Shown: positions 27,814-41,870, counted from the whole stretch's first letter. The stretch is 63,852 bases of DNA, filler included, from Bigelowiella natans CCMP2755 (GCA_000320545.1; 4 parts of 4 records of this genome joined end to end with filler, not necessarily neighbours in it); one strand, 5' to 3'. The notes: generated by a model not told the origin, from the sequence alone. Made by a program: numbers and translations.

Positions 27814-29534
27814 GTGTGTGTGTGTGTGTACATTTAGTTTTTAGGGTTTGAGTAGTGCGGAAGATTAGGACTTATGATGTTTCAAATCAAATTTATCGTA
27901 TCATACATCACAATAACGACCACCACCAAATGCTATCATCATCATCACCATCATCATTATCTTTCCCTTCTTCTTTCTATGATCAAACTCTATCAGCAAC
28001 AACCTTGACGTCGTCAGAGCTCACGGCTGTTATGCCCACCCCAATTGCGTGCGGATTTCCAATGATTGCGACACACCTTTTGTATCATTATCATCATCAT
28101 TATCATCATCATCATTATCATCATCATTATCAGCAGCAGCAGCACACGCAACCATAAAATACAACACAACAAAACAAAACTCTTTGTTTTGATACTGATC
28201 GTTAAGTTGTTATTTCGTCGCCAATGTATTCATCCAATCCACTCTTATATAAAATATCATCTCCATAATACCGAACGTCTCCTCGTTGAAACTCTCCAAT
28301 TGTAGTTCCCTTGGGCATGAAAACGCCAGCAAGCATCAAATCCGCACCTGAACACATACATTTCTCGAGAAATAAATAAATGTGTAAGAGAAACCCCAAG
28401 GGAATGCAGGAGTATCTAACTACCTCATGATGAACGAATGTAAATTATGTTGGTTCAATGCGTGTGTGGGGAATGTTGTATTATTTGTACTGTAGCAGCG
28501 ACCGTTATGCAATCTCCTCCATACGTCAGGAGGAGTCAACCACATAGGAATGCTTTTTGGATACTTCCAGATTAAGTACACAGTTGGAACAAGCTGAACA
28601 AAACAACAACAACAACATGCAGCACCAACAATAATCAAGAAGCTAATTCATCTTCAATAAAAGAAAGGTTACCACAGCACCATTTACTAGCACGATGTTT
28701 GTTTGTCGCTACATTCTTCTGATCTCTCATACACAACTACATAGAATAGATGTGAACAAGTTACCGGTCCCTTCCCATTGTGCAGATGGAAAAAGAGAGG
28801 TTGGCCAGACTTTGCCTGCGATGGTAAAAGAAAGGAAACGAAGAAACTAAGAAGGGGAATGTTATATGCTGACACCATCATTTTTAGTAGTCCTCATTGA
28901 TATAGAAGACGCCTCACTGTTCTGAATTGTGCCTGAATTACTACTATTACTACCACTAATAATAATGAAGCTATAACCTCTGAGTACACAATGATCTTCC
29001 CTACAGCTTTATGAGCGATCCTGTCACAAAGAACAAAAGAAGACAAAAAGGATCGACTTTAGAGAATAAATGAGGTAGCAGAAGCAGCACCACCAGCACG
29101 TCGTTGATCGTTGTTGTGCGTGCACATTTGTTCGAATCACGATGGCAATGCCTCTCGTTGCAAATGATAACCACTCGTTTCTTATGGTATATGACTACTT
29201 GCCATCTACCATCCTTCAAACGATCGCTCAGAGAGGGGTTATTATGAAGCGGATCAGGGAGAATATGCGCAAAAGAGCAGCAGCGTGATGTGATTTCTAC
29301 CATTTGGACTTTGTCGGAAATATTTCGTCAATGTACGGCGATAAACCTGGAAACTTCGCCTCTGCCTGTGCTTTCAATTTTCTCTGATTTATGGTTCGAA
29401 GACTCAGTTACGTAATGTAATCTTGATCGTTCCCACAATCTCCCTCTATTGAATAATACAGACAACGCTTGGCTCACCACGGCAGAGTTTTTGAGTGGAT
29501 TGGAAAGATTGATCTTCAGGCCCTTCTTGAACAT
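26190..29534 (-). CDS. EIF2D: Translation initiation factor eIF2D (ligatin), 5' part
   Basis: MFKKGLKINLSNPLKNS; LVPTVYLIWKYPKSIP..LHNGADLMLAGVFMP; CVAIIGNPHAIGVG; GKGLLMMHLYADPLW (PUA domain); acidic linker; VDFKRSNYKKLANF. The SUI1 part is not seen before the gap. Confidence 0.88.
27729..27829. repeat. Representative compound microsatellite (CA)n(TA)n(TG)n; dozens of similar di- and trinucleotide runs fill the introns
   Basis: Seen directly in the sequence. Confidence 0.95.
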
Positions 29535-29554
29535 TGTTGATGGACGTTGAGGAT

Positions 29555-29645
29555 AAAGTTTTGTTCTCCTTCTGTTCTGATCTGAGATTGTTCTCCTCTA
29601 AAGTTTTGTTCTCCTTCTGCGCTGATCTTAGGTTGTTCTCCTCCT
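29555..29645. repeat. Two imperfect ~45-bp tandem copies in the eIF2D/FHA divergent spacer
   Basis: aaagttttgttctccttctg..ctgatct..g.ttgttctcctc occurs twice. Confidence 0.8.
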
Positions 29646-29911
29646 CCTCCTTCTTCTTCTGCTTCTAATCGACTACAAGGGTGCTAGTGTTACTTTACTT
29701 TCAATGGACGCAATATGGCCCTAAACTAAGACATCTACTTTCCATTGTCTCACCCAAAAAATCGCCATTAATATACATGTACACACATGTTATTATTTTT
29801 TTATCGCATCGACGACAACAAATAACAACGCATGCGCTCTCCTCCCTTCGTTTGACGAGCAGAACAGATAACAGAAGCACCATAGGGGCAGGGCATAATC
29901 GACATTAGATA

Positions 29912-31439
29912 ATGGCACTAGTGAAGGCCTATGCGAAGTATGTGCCAATAACATTGTTACTTGAGTTTTCTTTTTTGAAACACAATATGCACTTCATTGC
30001 ATTTCCCTCCATCCTCCTTTAAAAAACACATTCCGCCCTCAAAATACTGCTGCAGACTGCTATCAAGCAACTTCGTCTACTATCTCACAAAACCTGAAAT
30101 ATCGCTGGGACGGAAGAATTCTGGAAAACGAAAGAACGCTACCAACACCCCCATGGCGGCGGGGAAACAACAACTCGGTATGTCACTAATCACCTTATTT
30201 GTAATTTTAGCTTGTCTTCAATTACCTGATATAATCGTGTTTTTGGTGATCACTTAGCCAGTAGTAGTTCGGGGTCATCGGAAAAGAGGGGGGGGGGGGG
30301 GGAGAAAGACTCTGACGATGGCATCCCTGACGTTGAGCTTTCAGATTGCAAAACGGTAGTTCTAAGCAACTTGATATTTATACCTTAAAGATTATTGTTA
30401 ATATTGGTCTCTGTCTCTCGTCGTTCATTCAATTATTGCTTTGTTGTTGCTGATCGACGATGATATGAATAACCTTCTCCCTTCTGCAGATATCAAGAAA
30501 CCATGCAAAGATAGCTTATAATCCGGAATTAGGACGGTTTGAAATCTTTTGCATGTCGAAGAATGGGATGTTTGTGGTAAATACTATGATGACAAAGTAC
30601 TATCGAAATATGTACGCTGCTGCTGGTTTCTGCTTTTATACCACCACACAACACTTATTTTGAGAGATGCTATTGCGACAAAGAAGATCGATCGTGAAAT
30701 AGTAGTTTCATTGGGCCTCTGTGAATATATTCAGTTGACGATTCTTTGTATTTGAGCTGCTGCTCTCCTCCCCTTCCTTCTTCCTATGAATACTTCTTAT
30801 TCAGGATGGAAGATTTTTTGATTGCTACTACATATCAGTACCATTGGATAGCGGGTATGATGAAAGAAGAAGCAGCAGCATATGCATGTAAATCGTTGCA
30901 GTATTATTTCAAGAAAGCACGTTCTTCGTGCTGGTAGACGATATTGGTGTATGAGATTCAACAATGAACACACACACACGCACACACAATTACGCATTAT
31001 TAGGAGTTTGATCCAAATAGGAAACGTGCTGTTCTACTTCTTGTTACCTCTACGATCGGGGTAATAATAATAGGAGGAGGGGGGGGAACACAAACACAAA
31101 TCCACGAATAAATGTAGAGGATTATTGTAAACCGTGTGCATCACAATACGGTACAGTTAGTCATTTTAATTGTCATTCTTTTTATCATAATCAACTGTGG
31201 TAATAATATATTACATAATAATATTCCTTGATACGCAAACAGAATCAACAACGGAGCATTTGAAAGTGTAGAGATTACACTGCAACGAGTACTACTTATA
31301 CTAGTACTAATACAAGTAGTAGAGTAGTAGTAATAGTAGTACTTAGAAATATCCTATCCAACACAATGATTTGATTTATTACGGGGCCCGACCATTATTG
31401 TTTATTCATTGGAATTTGGAGATCGATTGGCGAACGATA

Positions 31440-31477
<38 letters not shown>

Positions 31478-31969
31478 AAGAGAGATATATACAGTAATCG
31501 TTGTAACAAAGCAGGTGACATCATCGTCGTCGTCGTTATATCTTCCATTGTATATTCTTAGGGGGGCAAAGCAGCACAACCGATGATAACAACTACATGG
31601 TCGATTGAGGAGCTTGACAAGTTTAAGAGATGTGTTTTAGCTTACGGAATTGACGCTTGGCAGGTAGCAGTAGTAAATTAGTGATAGTAGTAGTAGTAGT
31701 AGTAGTAGTAGTAGAAGAAGAAGAAGAAGAAGAAGAAGAAGAAGAAATAGAAGAAAAAGAATACACCTTCTGAACAACCGATTTCTAGATAATCATGGCA
31801 AAAAAGTGAGAAGAAATCCTACTTGACTTGATAGTTGTTTTAAGCATTATTCTTCGCATAATGAATGGCAATGTCGGGACAAATATTGTTGGGCCTTAGC
31901 ACAGCACGAATGATATCTTGATAAATAGTCAAATACCACGGCAACACACACACACGCACACACACATAC

Positions 31970-32003
<34 letters not shown>

Positions 32004-32166
32004 TAGATGAAGATGCATAACATGTCATCATCATCATCAGCAACTTGGAAAACTGTTTCCCAATCATACTGCTACAGCAATCAAGTAAGTATTACAAGAG
32101 ATTATGTTGTTGTTGTTGATGATGATGATGATAATGGCGATAGCGTCGTCGTTTTCGAAGTATCAA

Positions 32167-32199
<33 letters not shown>

Positions 32200-33183
32200 C
32201 ATTACTACCTTTTTTGTATGTGTGTGCGTGTGTATGTATGTATGTATGTATGTATGTGTGTTATGTGTGTATTCTTGTTATGTGTTTGTCGTCGTCGTTC
32301 TGAACGTGCTGTGTTATGTGTGTATTCTTGTTATGTGTTTGTCGTCGTCGTTCTGAACGTGCTCTAACCCAACAAACAAGTTACAATGTATTGGTTGCAA
32401 GTCCTAGTGTTTTCATTACTACTGCCAAGATCTTTGAATATGTAGTAGAAGTAATTGTGGCTAATGAACAATACTACGGGGAGGTCCCTCCCCCCCTCTC
32501 CACGTTTTGAAATAATATATTTGTACTTGTCTATTGTACAAATGGTCTTAGATATCTTTCGAGGAAGTGGTTATCCACGTTGATACAACTCTGTGAGATA
32601 GAACAACCTTCCACGGCATTACAATTAGTACACATACTGCGTGAGATCATGCCAGCTGGGGAGGGGGGAACACCGCCCATGGCTGTTCTTACGAAATGGG
32701 ACAAAATCAAGGTGGTGACTGATAGTTGTGCGGAGTTGTTTGAAGAAATAGAACGAGTATCTTAATTAAGTAGTTTAGAGCTATTATTACCCTTAAGTGC
32801 TGCTGCATAGTATTAGTAGTTATAGTGGTAGTAGTAGTAGTAGTAGTAGTAGTAGTAATAGTAGTAGTAGTACCGGTGGTGCTACTCAACATCATTTTAT
32901 GAACAACTCATTGTCGTAGTATTCATGGTTATTGCTATTCTCATTATTACTATTATTAAGTGTAGTAGTAGCAGTAGTAAGTAGTAGTTGTTGTTGGAAA
33001 TTATAAATACATTGTGCTCATACACATACCATTCTACATGCGGTCGTCTCGGTTTGTAAGTAAGAAAGTAAGCTTTGTCATGCTGCTGGTGGTGTTCTCT
33101 GCTGTTAGAAATACGCTATTTCTTGGGGTGCTAGGATTATTCTTCTTCACCGAATAAATAGGTAGTAGGACGACGATAAACAC

Positions 33184-33223
<40 letters not shown>

Positions 33224-33688
33224 CCGCATATATAAATAAATAAATAATATACGCATTAAATAGCATTAAGCAACGTATGGGTGATGATGACGATGATGAT
33301 GATGATTATGATGATGATGATGATATTAGAGCTGTCGGCACATACGGAGAGGAAGCTGTATTAGAAGGCGTGCGCATGGTACTTCGTAGTCCTTGATGAT
33401 GATGGTGGTGATCTTCATCATCTAGAACAAACAACGAGTGGTCCAAAAAGAAGAAGAAAAAGACGAATAGCCAAGACTACTATATTAGAACTTCATATTT
33501 TCTCTCCTCTCTCAACAACCCTATATATTACATAAATTACAAAGTATACAATCCTGTTGTTATTTATTGCATGTTGTTGTCACATTGATGTTGCTGTAAT
33601 AAGATCGGAGAAACGACGCTCCCTGCATCATGGTGGGAGAGAAAGCACGATATTGACTTGCTCAGAGGGATAGCGAGGTGTTTGTGCG

Positions 33689-33721
<33 letters not shown>

Positions 33722-33744
33722 TTACCCTAACATTACTCAACATA

Positions 33745-33784
<40 letters not shown>

Positions 33785-33975
33785 GTAAAGAAAGCTCGGT
33801 ATTGACTTGGTCAGTTGGATAGCGAGGCGTTCTGTGCGTGCGCATGTGTGACATATTTATATATTTAGTATTTATGATCGTAAAATAGGCATGGGTTTGG
33901 TGCAGTGAACAAAATGATCAAGGACAAAGAATTGTGTTTTCAACAAACTATAGGTATTATTATCATTGGTACTCA

Positions 33976-34016
<41 letters not shown>

Positions 34017-34680
34017 TGCTACAAACTACTACTTCCAACAGCAACACACACACGCATTCTAACCAACACAACAAAGTTCTTATTTTTTCCTCTTCTTTGA
34101 TGGTGATAGAGTATTGTAGCATCCTCCCACTCCTACAATACATGTATGTACTACTACTATTCGAGGGAGATGCAGCATAATCATCACCCATACACACATG
34201 CTTTCATAAATGATCACTGACTCGCAATAATAATTTTAACAAGGCGCATCATCAACACCGTGGCCTTCTGCAGAGAAGGTGGTGGTTATACAACTAATTA
34301 CTACTACTGCTACTGCTGCTGCTGCTGCTTCGTGCCACACCCTTTCAGTGACATGCGTAGTGCAATTTCTTCTTCACAAATATTTTGTACTCAATCACGC
34401 GCACACACACACACACATACACACACACACACACTACTCATAACGACAGGTGGGTGTAAGACTACGGGCGATTCTTGTCGCCCTCCGACTCAGGAACGTG
34501 AAATCAATGAAAAAACGATCATTTTCTACCATGAGCAGTTCTGCGCATTACACTTCTGCAACTGCTACAGCAAGCAGCCATGCCGTGGGTGGTAGCAGCT
34601 CAACTAAGAAAAAGAAGAAAAAAAAGAAGAAAAAAAAGAAAAAAGAAAGTGGTAGTTCCAACAAAGCACCAGCGAAATAG
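29912..34680 (+). CDS. FHA domain + CHD6-9-like SANT/SLIDE region, multi-exon
   Basis: MALVKAYAKLLSSNFVYYLTKPEISLGR..ISRNHAKIAYN..FEIFCMSKNGMFV..SLIQIGNVLFYFLLP is an Fkh/Fhl1-type FHA. Later exons give WSIEELDKFKRCVLAYG, LPASWWERKHDIDLLRGIARHGFGAVNKMIKDKELCF and WPSAEK..VRLRAIL, then a poly-Lys tail. Confidence 0.75.
32257..32362. repeat. Perfect ~53-bp tandem duplication in an intron
   Basis: tgtgttatgtgtgtattcttgttatgtgtttgtcgtcgtcgttctgaacgtgc occurs twice. Confidence 0.9.
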
Positions 34681-35124
34681 AGCAGCAAGAGATGGCTACG
34701 ATAATTATAAAACGATTCGATCTCAACACACCACTAGGCGCCAGACTTTCGTAGCAGCTATTGGTAAAATATCGACTGTATGCATAAAACTCATGCAAGT
34801 ACATGTAAGTTTTACCTGTTTGTTTTAGTTCTGCTGCATACGATACAGCTGTCAATAATGCACTGCATGTAGTCCTATCTAGCTATTGCCAACATGCATT
34901 TGTTGCCGCATTGCGTTGTCACATTGGCACATTCATCGCTCAGCACGCAGCTGTCAGGATAATGACAAGCAAAACCTAATAGCATGCATAGAATTGCCAT
35001 TTTTGGCGACCCTGCTGTACCATGCTAGCATGGCTAGCTAGCTAGATGTGTCAAGCAAGCTACACATAGCTAGTTGGTTCCTGCTTGAACAATTTGCAAT
35101 GCCATCTAGCCATCTAGCCACACA

Positions 35125-35538
35125 CAGCTCCGTCAAACCTGTAACGAATCGTCAGAATGTGCACTTGGAAGCTTTTGCGCGCGACCAAGCGCGTCGTGTG
35201 AGATGCAATGGACATTGGATTTGCTCGCATTTCTTTGAAATTTTTCGTGCACATCACATTTGGTCAAACACACGCGCAAAAGCATTTAAAATGTGGCAGA
35301 AAACAAACGCGCAGCGTGCGTCCTCTGCACAACGGGTGTGAATTTTCACACTTTGCGCGCTCACTGAGGCCTTGAAAATGGACATTTGGGTCAATGTTTC
35401 GGTCATTTTTTGAGGTTTGGCCATCGGACAAGTTCTGATGACTTTTCTTTGACCAACTGCAACTGCCTGCTGCTTCAAAGCGCGTCGCAAAGCGCTGCAC
35501 TGTTCACAACCCCGTCGTTACCGGGTTTGACGGAGCTG
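35125..35538. mobile_element. Non-autonomous DNA transposon (MITE), probably Tc1/mariner-type, 414 bp
   Basis: Terminal inverted repeats cagctccgtcaaacc(t)gtaacga and tcgttac(cg)ggtttgacggagctg, with CAG..CTG ends and no coding capacity. Confidence 0.8.
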
Positions 35539-37041
35539 TGATGCGCATGGCGACACTGCTCGACCACGAGCTGAAGCTCTAGAAGTGCTCATGTTGCTAG
35601 ATTGTTAGGCGTTTTCACTAAGCTTTTGCAATGGCATGAGCTTGACGCACGATCGATGGTGCGCGTAATGCAACAGCACTCATTGCATGGTTTGTTGCAT
35701 GCCAAATTGCAATGCTTTCACGTGCATGCAACACGTGCTAGCGTGACACAATGGAAACAAACAGAACTGAAAAAATTCAAACATTTCGTTACTTCCATTT
35801 CTAGATTTCACAATTCGTTGCATGAGCGGCAGTGAGAGCTAGAGAGTGCAAGTGAGTGCACACAACAATTGCATGTGGCATGCCATGCTACACGATGTCC
35901 ACATGGATGCGCATCTCTAGATCTCTAGATGTATTCCTGCTAGCCTGATGCGCTTTGCAATGTGTGCCTGTCTGCATGCTCTAGATCAAGCTGGAGGCAT
36001 TAAATTAATTTCTAGCATTCCAAATTGTCGCTACGCAGTACGTTCTGACGTCAACGCATGCTTTCATGGCGGCATGACATGCGTCGTGTGGCGCTCACTA
36101 GCAGCTAGCTATTAGGCCCGGCTAGCCGGTGCTCCGCGTGCATGTAATACACAGTATCGTCTAACAAAGTAGTACGCAGAGGTATGTGTGTTATAGGCAT
36201 CGTCTAGATCGTCCTATTATTCCTGGTAGGTGCTGATATCTAGGTATGCACAATTTCTAGATTCGAGGAGCTGAATAATCTACAAATTAAATGCCCTTTT
36301 ATATCTAGCCTTGCTGTATGTGAGTGCCGCCAATAGGCAGCTGGTTTACAATCCATAGCATAATTTTTATACGTTAGTACGGCTGGCGCGGTGGCAGTAG
36401 CGCGATGCGAGTGTGAGTCCTGCTAGCCGGGGTATAATTATGGTGCGACGGTGCGAGGTATCAGTAGTCATACACATATTAGAGACTTATTGCATTGCAT
36501 GCATGCGTGGAGGAGGGGCAAAGTGTACAGCAGTAGCTAGAGAGCAGAGTGGGTGCTGAGGCTGGATATTGCGGCGTGAACATGCCACTATGCGATTCGA
36601 ATGCTTATCAGGGAAAAATGTTGGTTGGCCTTCATTTTTAAACTAAATTAAAGCATGCTATGTGATGATCTGGCTCTAAACTTCCCACTCAGCATACGGC
36701 TATACCAACAGCTTCATAACAAGTACACAACGAGATGATACCACTAACATTTTCCTGCTGTGTGCTGGTCATTATTCGGTTGTTTCGCCATTAGTGCAGG
36801 CAATGTATGTGTGTGTATGTATGTGTGAATGCATGTATGAATGTATCCACTACTGGAGACAATTCTAAGTACTACCATCATCTTCAACAGATGATTGACG
36901 ACGAATGTTTTCTCAACCTTTACTGATATGCTTTTCTACTACTACAACTACTACTACTAATATTTCCATATGCAATGACTCTTCATTCCTTCTTTTCTCA
37001 ATCTACTTCTTCCCCCTCTGGTAGTTCTTAACTTTCTCCAC

Positions 37042-38784
37042 CTACTCCTTCTCAGCAGCAGCTAAAACGACTACATGTGACCCTCCAATTGATAAGTGCT
37101 TAGGAATCATACTGCTATGTCGCAGTAAGCTATCCTCAGGTAAATCAACCTTTCTTGGCAACTCTTCGTCATCAGCAAATAGTCCTCCTCCTCCTTTTCC
37201 AAGCTGGGAAGTAGTACCAATACCCCACATATATACTTCACCAGGTCCTGATCCAAGAGCACCAGATACAGCCTCTCCCACTGCAATCTTTGTCACGTTT
37301 ATGTGGGAGAGGGCAGTGATGAGAGTAGGTGTGTGCAATTTTGTGTCCGATCGAACGTCAATGTCTGAGCGCCCCAAGCGGCCATAAGTGCCTCTTCCAA
37401 ATGAGAAGACCTAAAGAGGAGAATAAGAATAATAGTAGGATCATAAAGGAGGATGAGCAAGGAAGGAGAAGAACAAATTAGGGTAACGGGAGTAAAGATA
37501 ATACAAATGAAAAGGAAGAGGTTAAGGTATATTTTTAACATTTTTAAAGAGATTTCAAGGAAAGGAAAAAGCTAGAGAGAGACTGAGAGAGAATATGAGC
37601 ATAGCAGTACCTTCCCCTCTTTGTCACGTGCCAATGTGTGGTGAATTGCAGGAGCTATCTCAACAATATTCTTCCCAGAAAGTCCAGGGATCAAGGTGGG
37701 GCGTGTTATGAATTGAATTCCTAATGCCGGAGAATATAAACAACACATTGTATACTTGTTATCTAGCAACCTACTCTATGTCAATAACAATAGTATCTTC
37801 AGACGAAAAAAGAAAAATATTAGAGGTAGTAGTGATTATTCGTAATACTCAAGATACAGTAGTAGCCAACATATTCTCTATATTATTACCTGTTTCATTG
37901 ATGTTTGGAGGAATACCCAATTGTCCAAAGTTGTTTAGACCCCACGCATATACCTCATTTGCACAACAGCAGCAGCAGCATAAAACGGCAACCACAACTT
38001 AGGTATTCTCACTAACTAAATAACAGAATGAGAATACAATGACGATTTCATATGTGATATGATAGAATCATAAGCCTTTGATAATACCCCCTACTACTAC
38101 TACTACTACTTGTATTTATCTACTGTGAATTTCATCATCATCACGACGTAAAGAACACTAATATACAATGGAAATATGGGAAAATCGGAATATATTTCTC
38201 TTCTTTTTTTTTTCTTCATCCTGATAGTTAGTATCATCATGTACCTGATCTCGTGATGTAAGAACAAATGAGCTATACGCACCAGCGAAAACCTTTGGAA
38301 GACATTTTGTATGAAAACAATGTTATTTATTGACAATTATATTAACGTTGTTGTTGTTGTTGTTGGTAATGATGATGCGTATCTGTGAATATGCATGTGG
38401 TTGCACGCATACACACCCACTATACTAAACTAACACAAGGCTATCATCAGCATTGACACACTCTCCTTCTTTTGTAGCTAGTACAACTACTACTCACACA
38501 CGACGTACGTCAACTACGCCTTGGAAGTCGCGTTTGCTAGCAAGAACAGGGGCTGGGATCAACTGCAGTCTTATTCCGTGCCTTGGATTGTTGATCAAAC
38601 GTGCAAGCTGGCCTGCATATGTAATGATGATAATGATGATGATGGTGATGGTAATGATGGCCATAACAATACACGACGACGCATAGTACTACCACTACTA
38701 CTACTACTACCTACTACTACTAACCTGGCAGCAGCCGCTATACACCAAAGACCGCTACTATCACTACTATTGCTGCTAACCCCT

Positions 38785-38817
<33 letters not shown>

Positions 38818-38865
38818 CACTGGCTATTACCTTGGTCTCCGCTACCCCAGCTAAACACCTGTTAC

Positions 38866-38902
<37 letters not shown>

Positions 38903-38974
38903 AAGGTTGGAGCATACCTGTCCACCCCGTGTAAGAGCGAGGATATGGTCAGCTCCTGAGAACACAACAACAAC

Positions 38975-39005
<31 letters not shown>

Positions 39006-39062
39006 GAATAATATTAATAAGATAACAGAACAATAGTTGTTGTAGTTAGTAGTGGTTTGTGT

Positions 39063-39105
<43 letters not shown>

Positions 39106-39611
39106 TGACGATTAAGTAACTAAAAGCGAAGAAGAAATTGACGTGTGTTTATGATCTACCAAAGTGCATTCTCCTTCCCTTTAGAGAAGAAGATCAAATA
39201 GGTACATCAATATCAAGCCCCCCCCTCCTCCTTCTCCTCCCTCCTCTCAGTATGTGTATATCACTTATATCTCTTACTAATACACAATAGTTTAAATTGA
39301 CCGGAAGCTATCTTGATAACAGGACGAGGAAATCCTTCAACTTTCTCCTACAAAATGAATTGATCATACTATGATCAAGACCGACTTCATCATCATCATC
39401 ATCATCATTATCATCATTATAATCATTTCTGCCGTCTTTGACATAATGTGATTATTAATTACATTAGTACTACTCTTTCACTCACTCATTCATTTGCGCA
39501 CTCACTCCCTATCTTACTACTCTAAACACACACACACACACACTCTCACACACACACACCGTGGTTTTACTGCAACTAGCTACACGTGCTCTGCTGCTGC
39601 TGTATCATTAG

Positions 39612-39646
<35 letters not shown>

Positions 39647-39750
39647 CATTACTACTAGTAGTAGTTTCTAAAGCTAGAACACACCGGTAACCAGGTTTTC
39701 TTCCGATCCAAATTTGCCGCGCTCATGCCCAGAAGGCCATTTTTACTCTG
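37042..39750 (-). CDS. RCC1 (Ran GEF)-like beta-propeller, 3' part
   Basis: Repeats SGADHILALTRGGQVFSWGSGDQGQLAR, VYAWGLNNFGQLG, IHHTLARDKEGK..SFGRGTYGRLG and VYMWGIGTTSQLG..LSIGGSHVV. Truncated by the gap. Confidence 0.88.
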
Positions 39751-39777
39751 CACGCATAACAAGTTGTTGTTATGGTC

Positions 39778-39815
<38 letters not shown>

Positions 39816-39915
39816 NNNNNNNNNNNNNNNNNNNNNNNNNNNNNNNNNNNNNNNNNNNNTTAATTAATTAANNNNNNNNNNNNNNNNNNNNNNNNNNNNN
39901 NNNNNNNNNNNNNNN
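39816..39915. other. Assembly spacer (N-TTAATTAATTAA-N)
   Basis: Same linker as at 26037. Confidence 0.98.
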
Positions 39916-40462
39916 GTGTGTAGAGGGCCATTACGATTCCGGGGGGGCAAAACCCGCATTGGGACCCATGGAAGTTAGCTTTCTTTTTTTCCCCTGGAAG
40001 AAGCCCCCCCTCCCCTTTTTGTTTTCCTCCCTTAGGGCTTCCAATCCCTTCGACAGTGAAGACATGAAGCCCGTCCACAGAGCAAACGGGTGTTAAACAG
40101 GGGTTGATAGCCCTTTTTTGCAGTTAGGGGGTGGGGGGGGGGAGAAAATAGTTAAATCGAGAGCTGGTACACGTAAGGAGATAAAAAAAAACTGTGTACC
40201 TGTGTATAGGCTGTGCGCTGTCATTATCGTATTGTGACACCATCACTGTGCACGCACCACATCCACCCTGTAGCAACAACACCACACGGGGTGGTGAATA
40301 TGATGACGATGATTACGATGGTGATGATGCAAAGAGAAGCAAATCATGGTACCTCCCCACAGCCTAGCTTCGTTCCAGTGAGGCCCACTGACAATAAAAC
40401 GAGAAAATGACACACTTTTGAACACCAAAAATTTATCTTCATGCATCCAAATCATCTGAAAA

Positions 40463-40500
<38 letters not shown>

Positions 40501-40975
40501 TCACTAATAACAGGTCCCCTGGCCTCTTGCTACCAGTATTTGCTAATACCCACAACACAAATCATACAGTATCTAATATTACATTTGTTACGGAGATACT
40601 CGAGAAGCGTCATCTTGAGAACAAAAAACAAAATGCGAGTCAGTTCTATCTCCATACCATGACTAACCCCACCCCCACAAGACAAATTCGCCTCTGAAAG
40701 GACAAAGTCCCCCACCCCGCTAGCTACCTATCGACTTTTTCCTCATGCGATTCAGTTCTATCTACCAATACCATAAATGATAGACATGCAATATAACTAA
40801 CCCCAGCCCCACAAGATAAATTCGCCTCTGAAAGGACAAAGTCCCCCACCCCGCTAGCTACCTATCGACTCTTTCCTCATGATTGACATCCATGGTAATT
40901 TTAGTGGCTACCTCAGGCTGAGCATTAGGCTCGACGACCTTCTGGCCGTTCACGTAAAATGTCAACTCCTATTAG
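39916..40975 (-). CDS. Xanthine dehydrogenase / aldehyde oxidase, N-terminal 2Fe-2S exons (rest lost at gap)
   Basis: Exons ELTFYVNGQKVVEPNAQPE, MTLLEYLR, GLTGTKLGCGE, GGCGACTVMVS and INPCLTPVCSVDGLHVFTVEGIG..HGSQCGFCPPGIVMALYT. Confidence 0.9.
40633..40882. repeat. Two tandem ~115-135-bp copies in an XDH intron
   Basis: The core aaattcgcctctgaaaggacaaagtcccccaccccgctagctacctatcgact is identical in both copies. Confidence 0.9.
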
Positions 40976-41870
40976 AATGCAGAGCAATAAGACTGGCGAA
41001 TCGAGCGAGAGCCCATTGAGAAAGCTTTTGTTTCCTCGTGGTCATTGTACAATATTTCAGGTTGCTCTTCAGAATGTACCATCATTTCTACTATTCGCTC
41101 GCCAAAAATTGTTATCACCACACGACAACATCGGCACTAGTTGGACCATTGACAACAGGAAAAAAGGGGGGGGTTACTTTGGAAGGCATCTTAGCTTATG
41201 AGAAAGACAACACAAGAAAAAAAAAAGCGTTTAGCAGCCAATTTTTATTGTCGTTGTTGCAATATGGCATTGAGTTACCTCTCATGTATTTATTTGACTT
41301 TCAGATGACTAATTCTCAGCCATGAGACGAGAATGGCCATAATTCAGGACATATTTCAAAGACGACTTACTTAGCATCCAAGTCGTAGGTATGAATTTAG
41401 CTTACAGATGTACGAGAAAAAACACTGTACAGGAAATTCGTGGTCAGGATTCGGAGAGAACTATCAGCTCTTCATAACACGTTGGCACTCTTCTTTCCAA
41501 GAAAGGCCGTAGATCTAGATCTAGGTAATTTTCCCAAAACCCATGAAATATGGTTCTTTTGGGGAGCTTCAATTCGCAGGATATATCTAAAATGCGACAT
41601 ATTTATTTGATTGTCTTAAGGGGAAAATATTCCTCGTTTTGATAACTGGATTCAAATGCTTAAAGGTCCATGTCGGCTGGCCATACTTGGTCCTATTTCG
41701 TCGATGCTGAAGCGGCAACAGAAATTAAAAAGAATTGTGAACATTTGGGTGCGACAACACATATCCACTTGTCGCAGAGTACTAATCACGATCCGGAACC
41801 CTGGCGCATGCTTTCACACTGCCGCCCGTCCTTCTCAGTGCCGAGGCCTGCATGATTGCATTTTTCAACA

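Noticed and set aside
24468-29534. Apparent eIF2D-FAM91A1 fusion on the minus strand
   Set aside because: The two fragments are separated by an assembly spacer.
40633-40882. Intronic repeat pair as tandem box C/D snoRNAs (ATGAGGA..CTGA on the minus strand)
   Set aside because: Imperfect C box, no clear terminal stem and no convincing rRNA guide.
37042-40975. Apparent XDH-RCC1 fusion
   Set aside because: Also joined only across a spacer.
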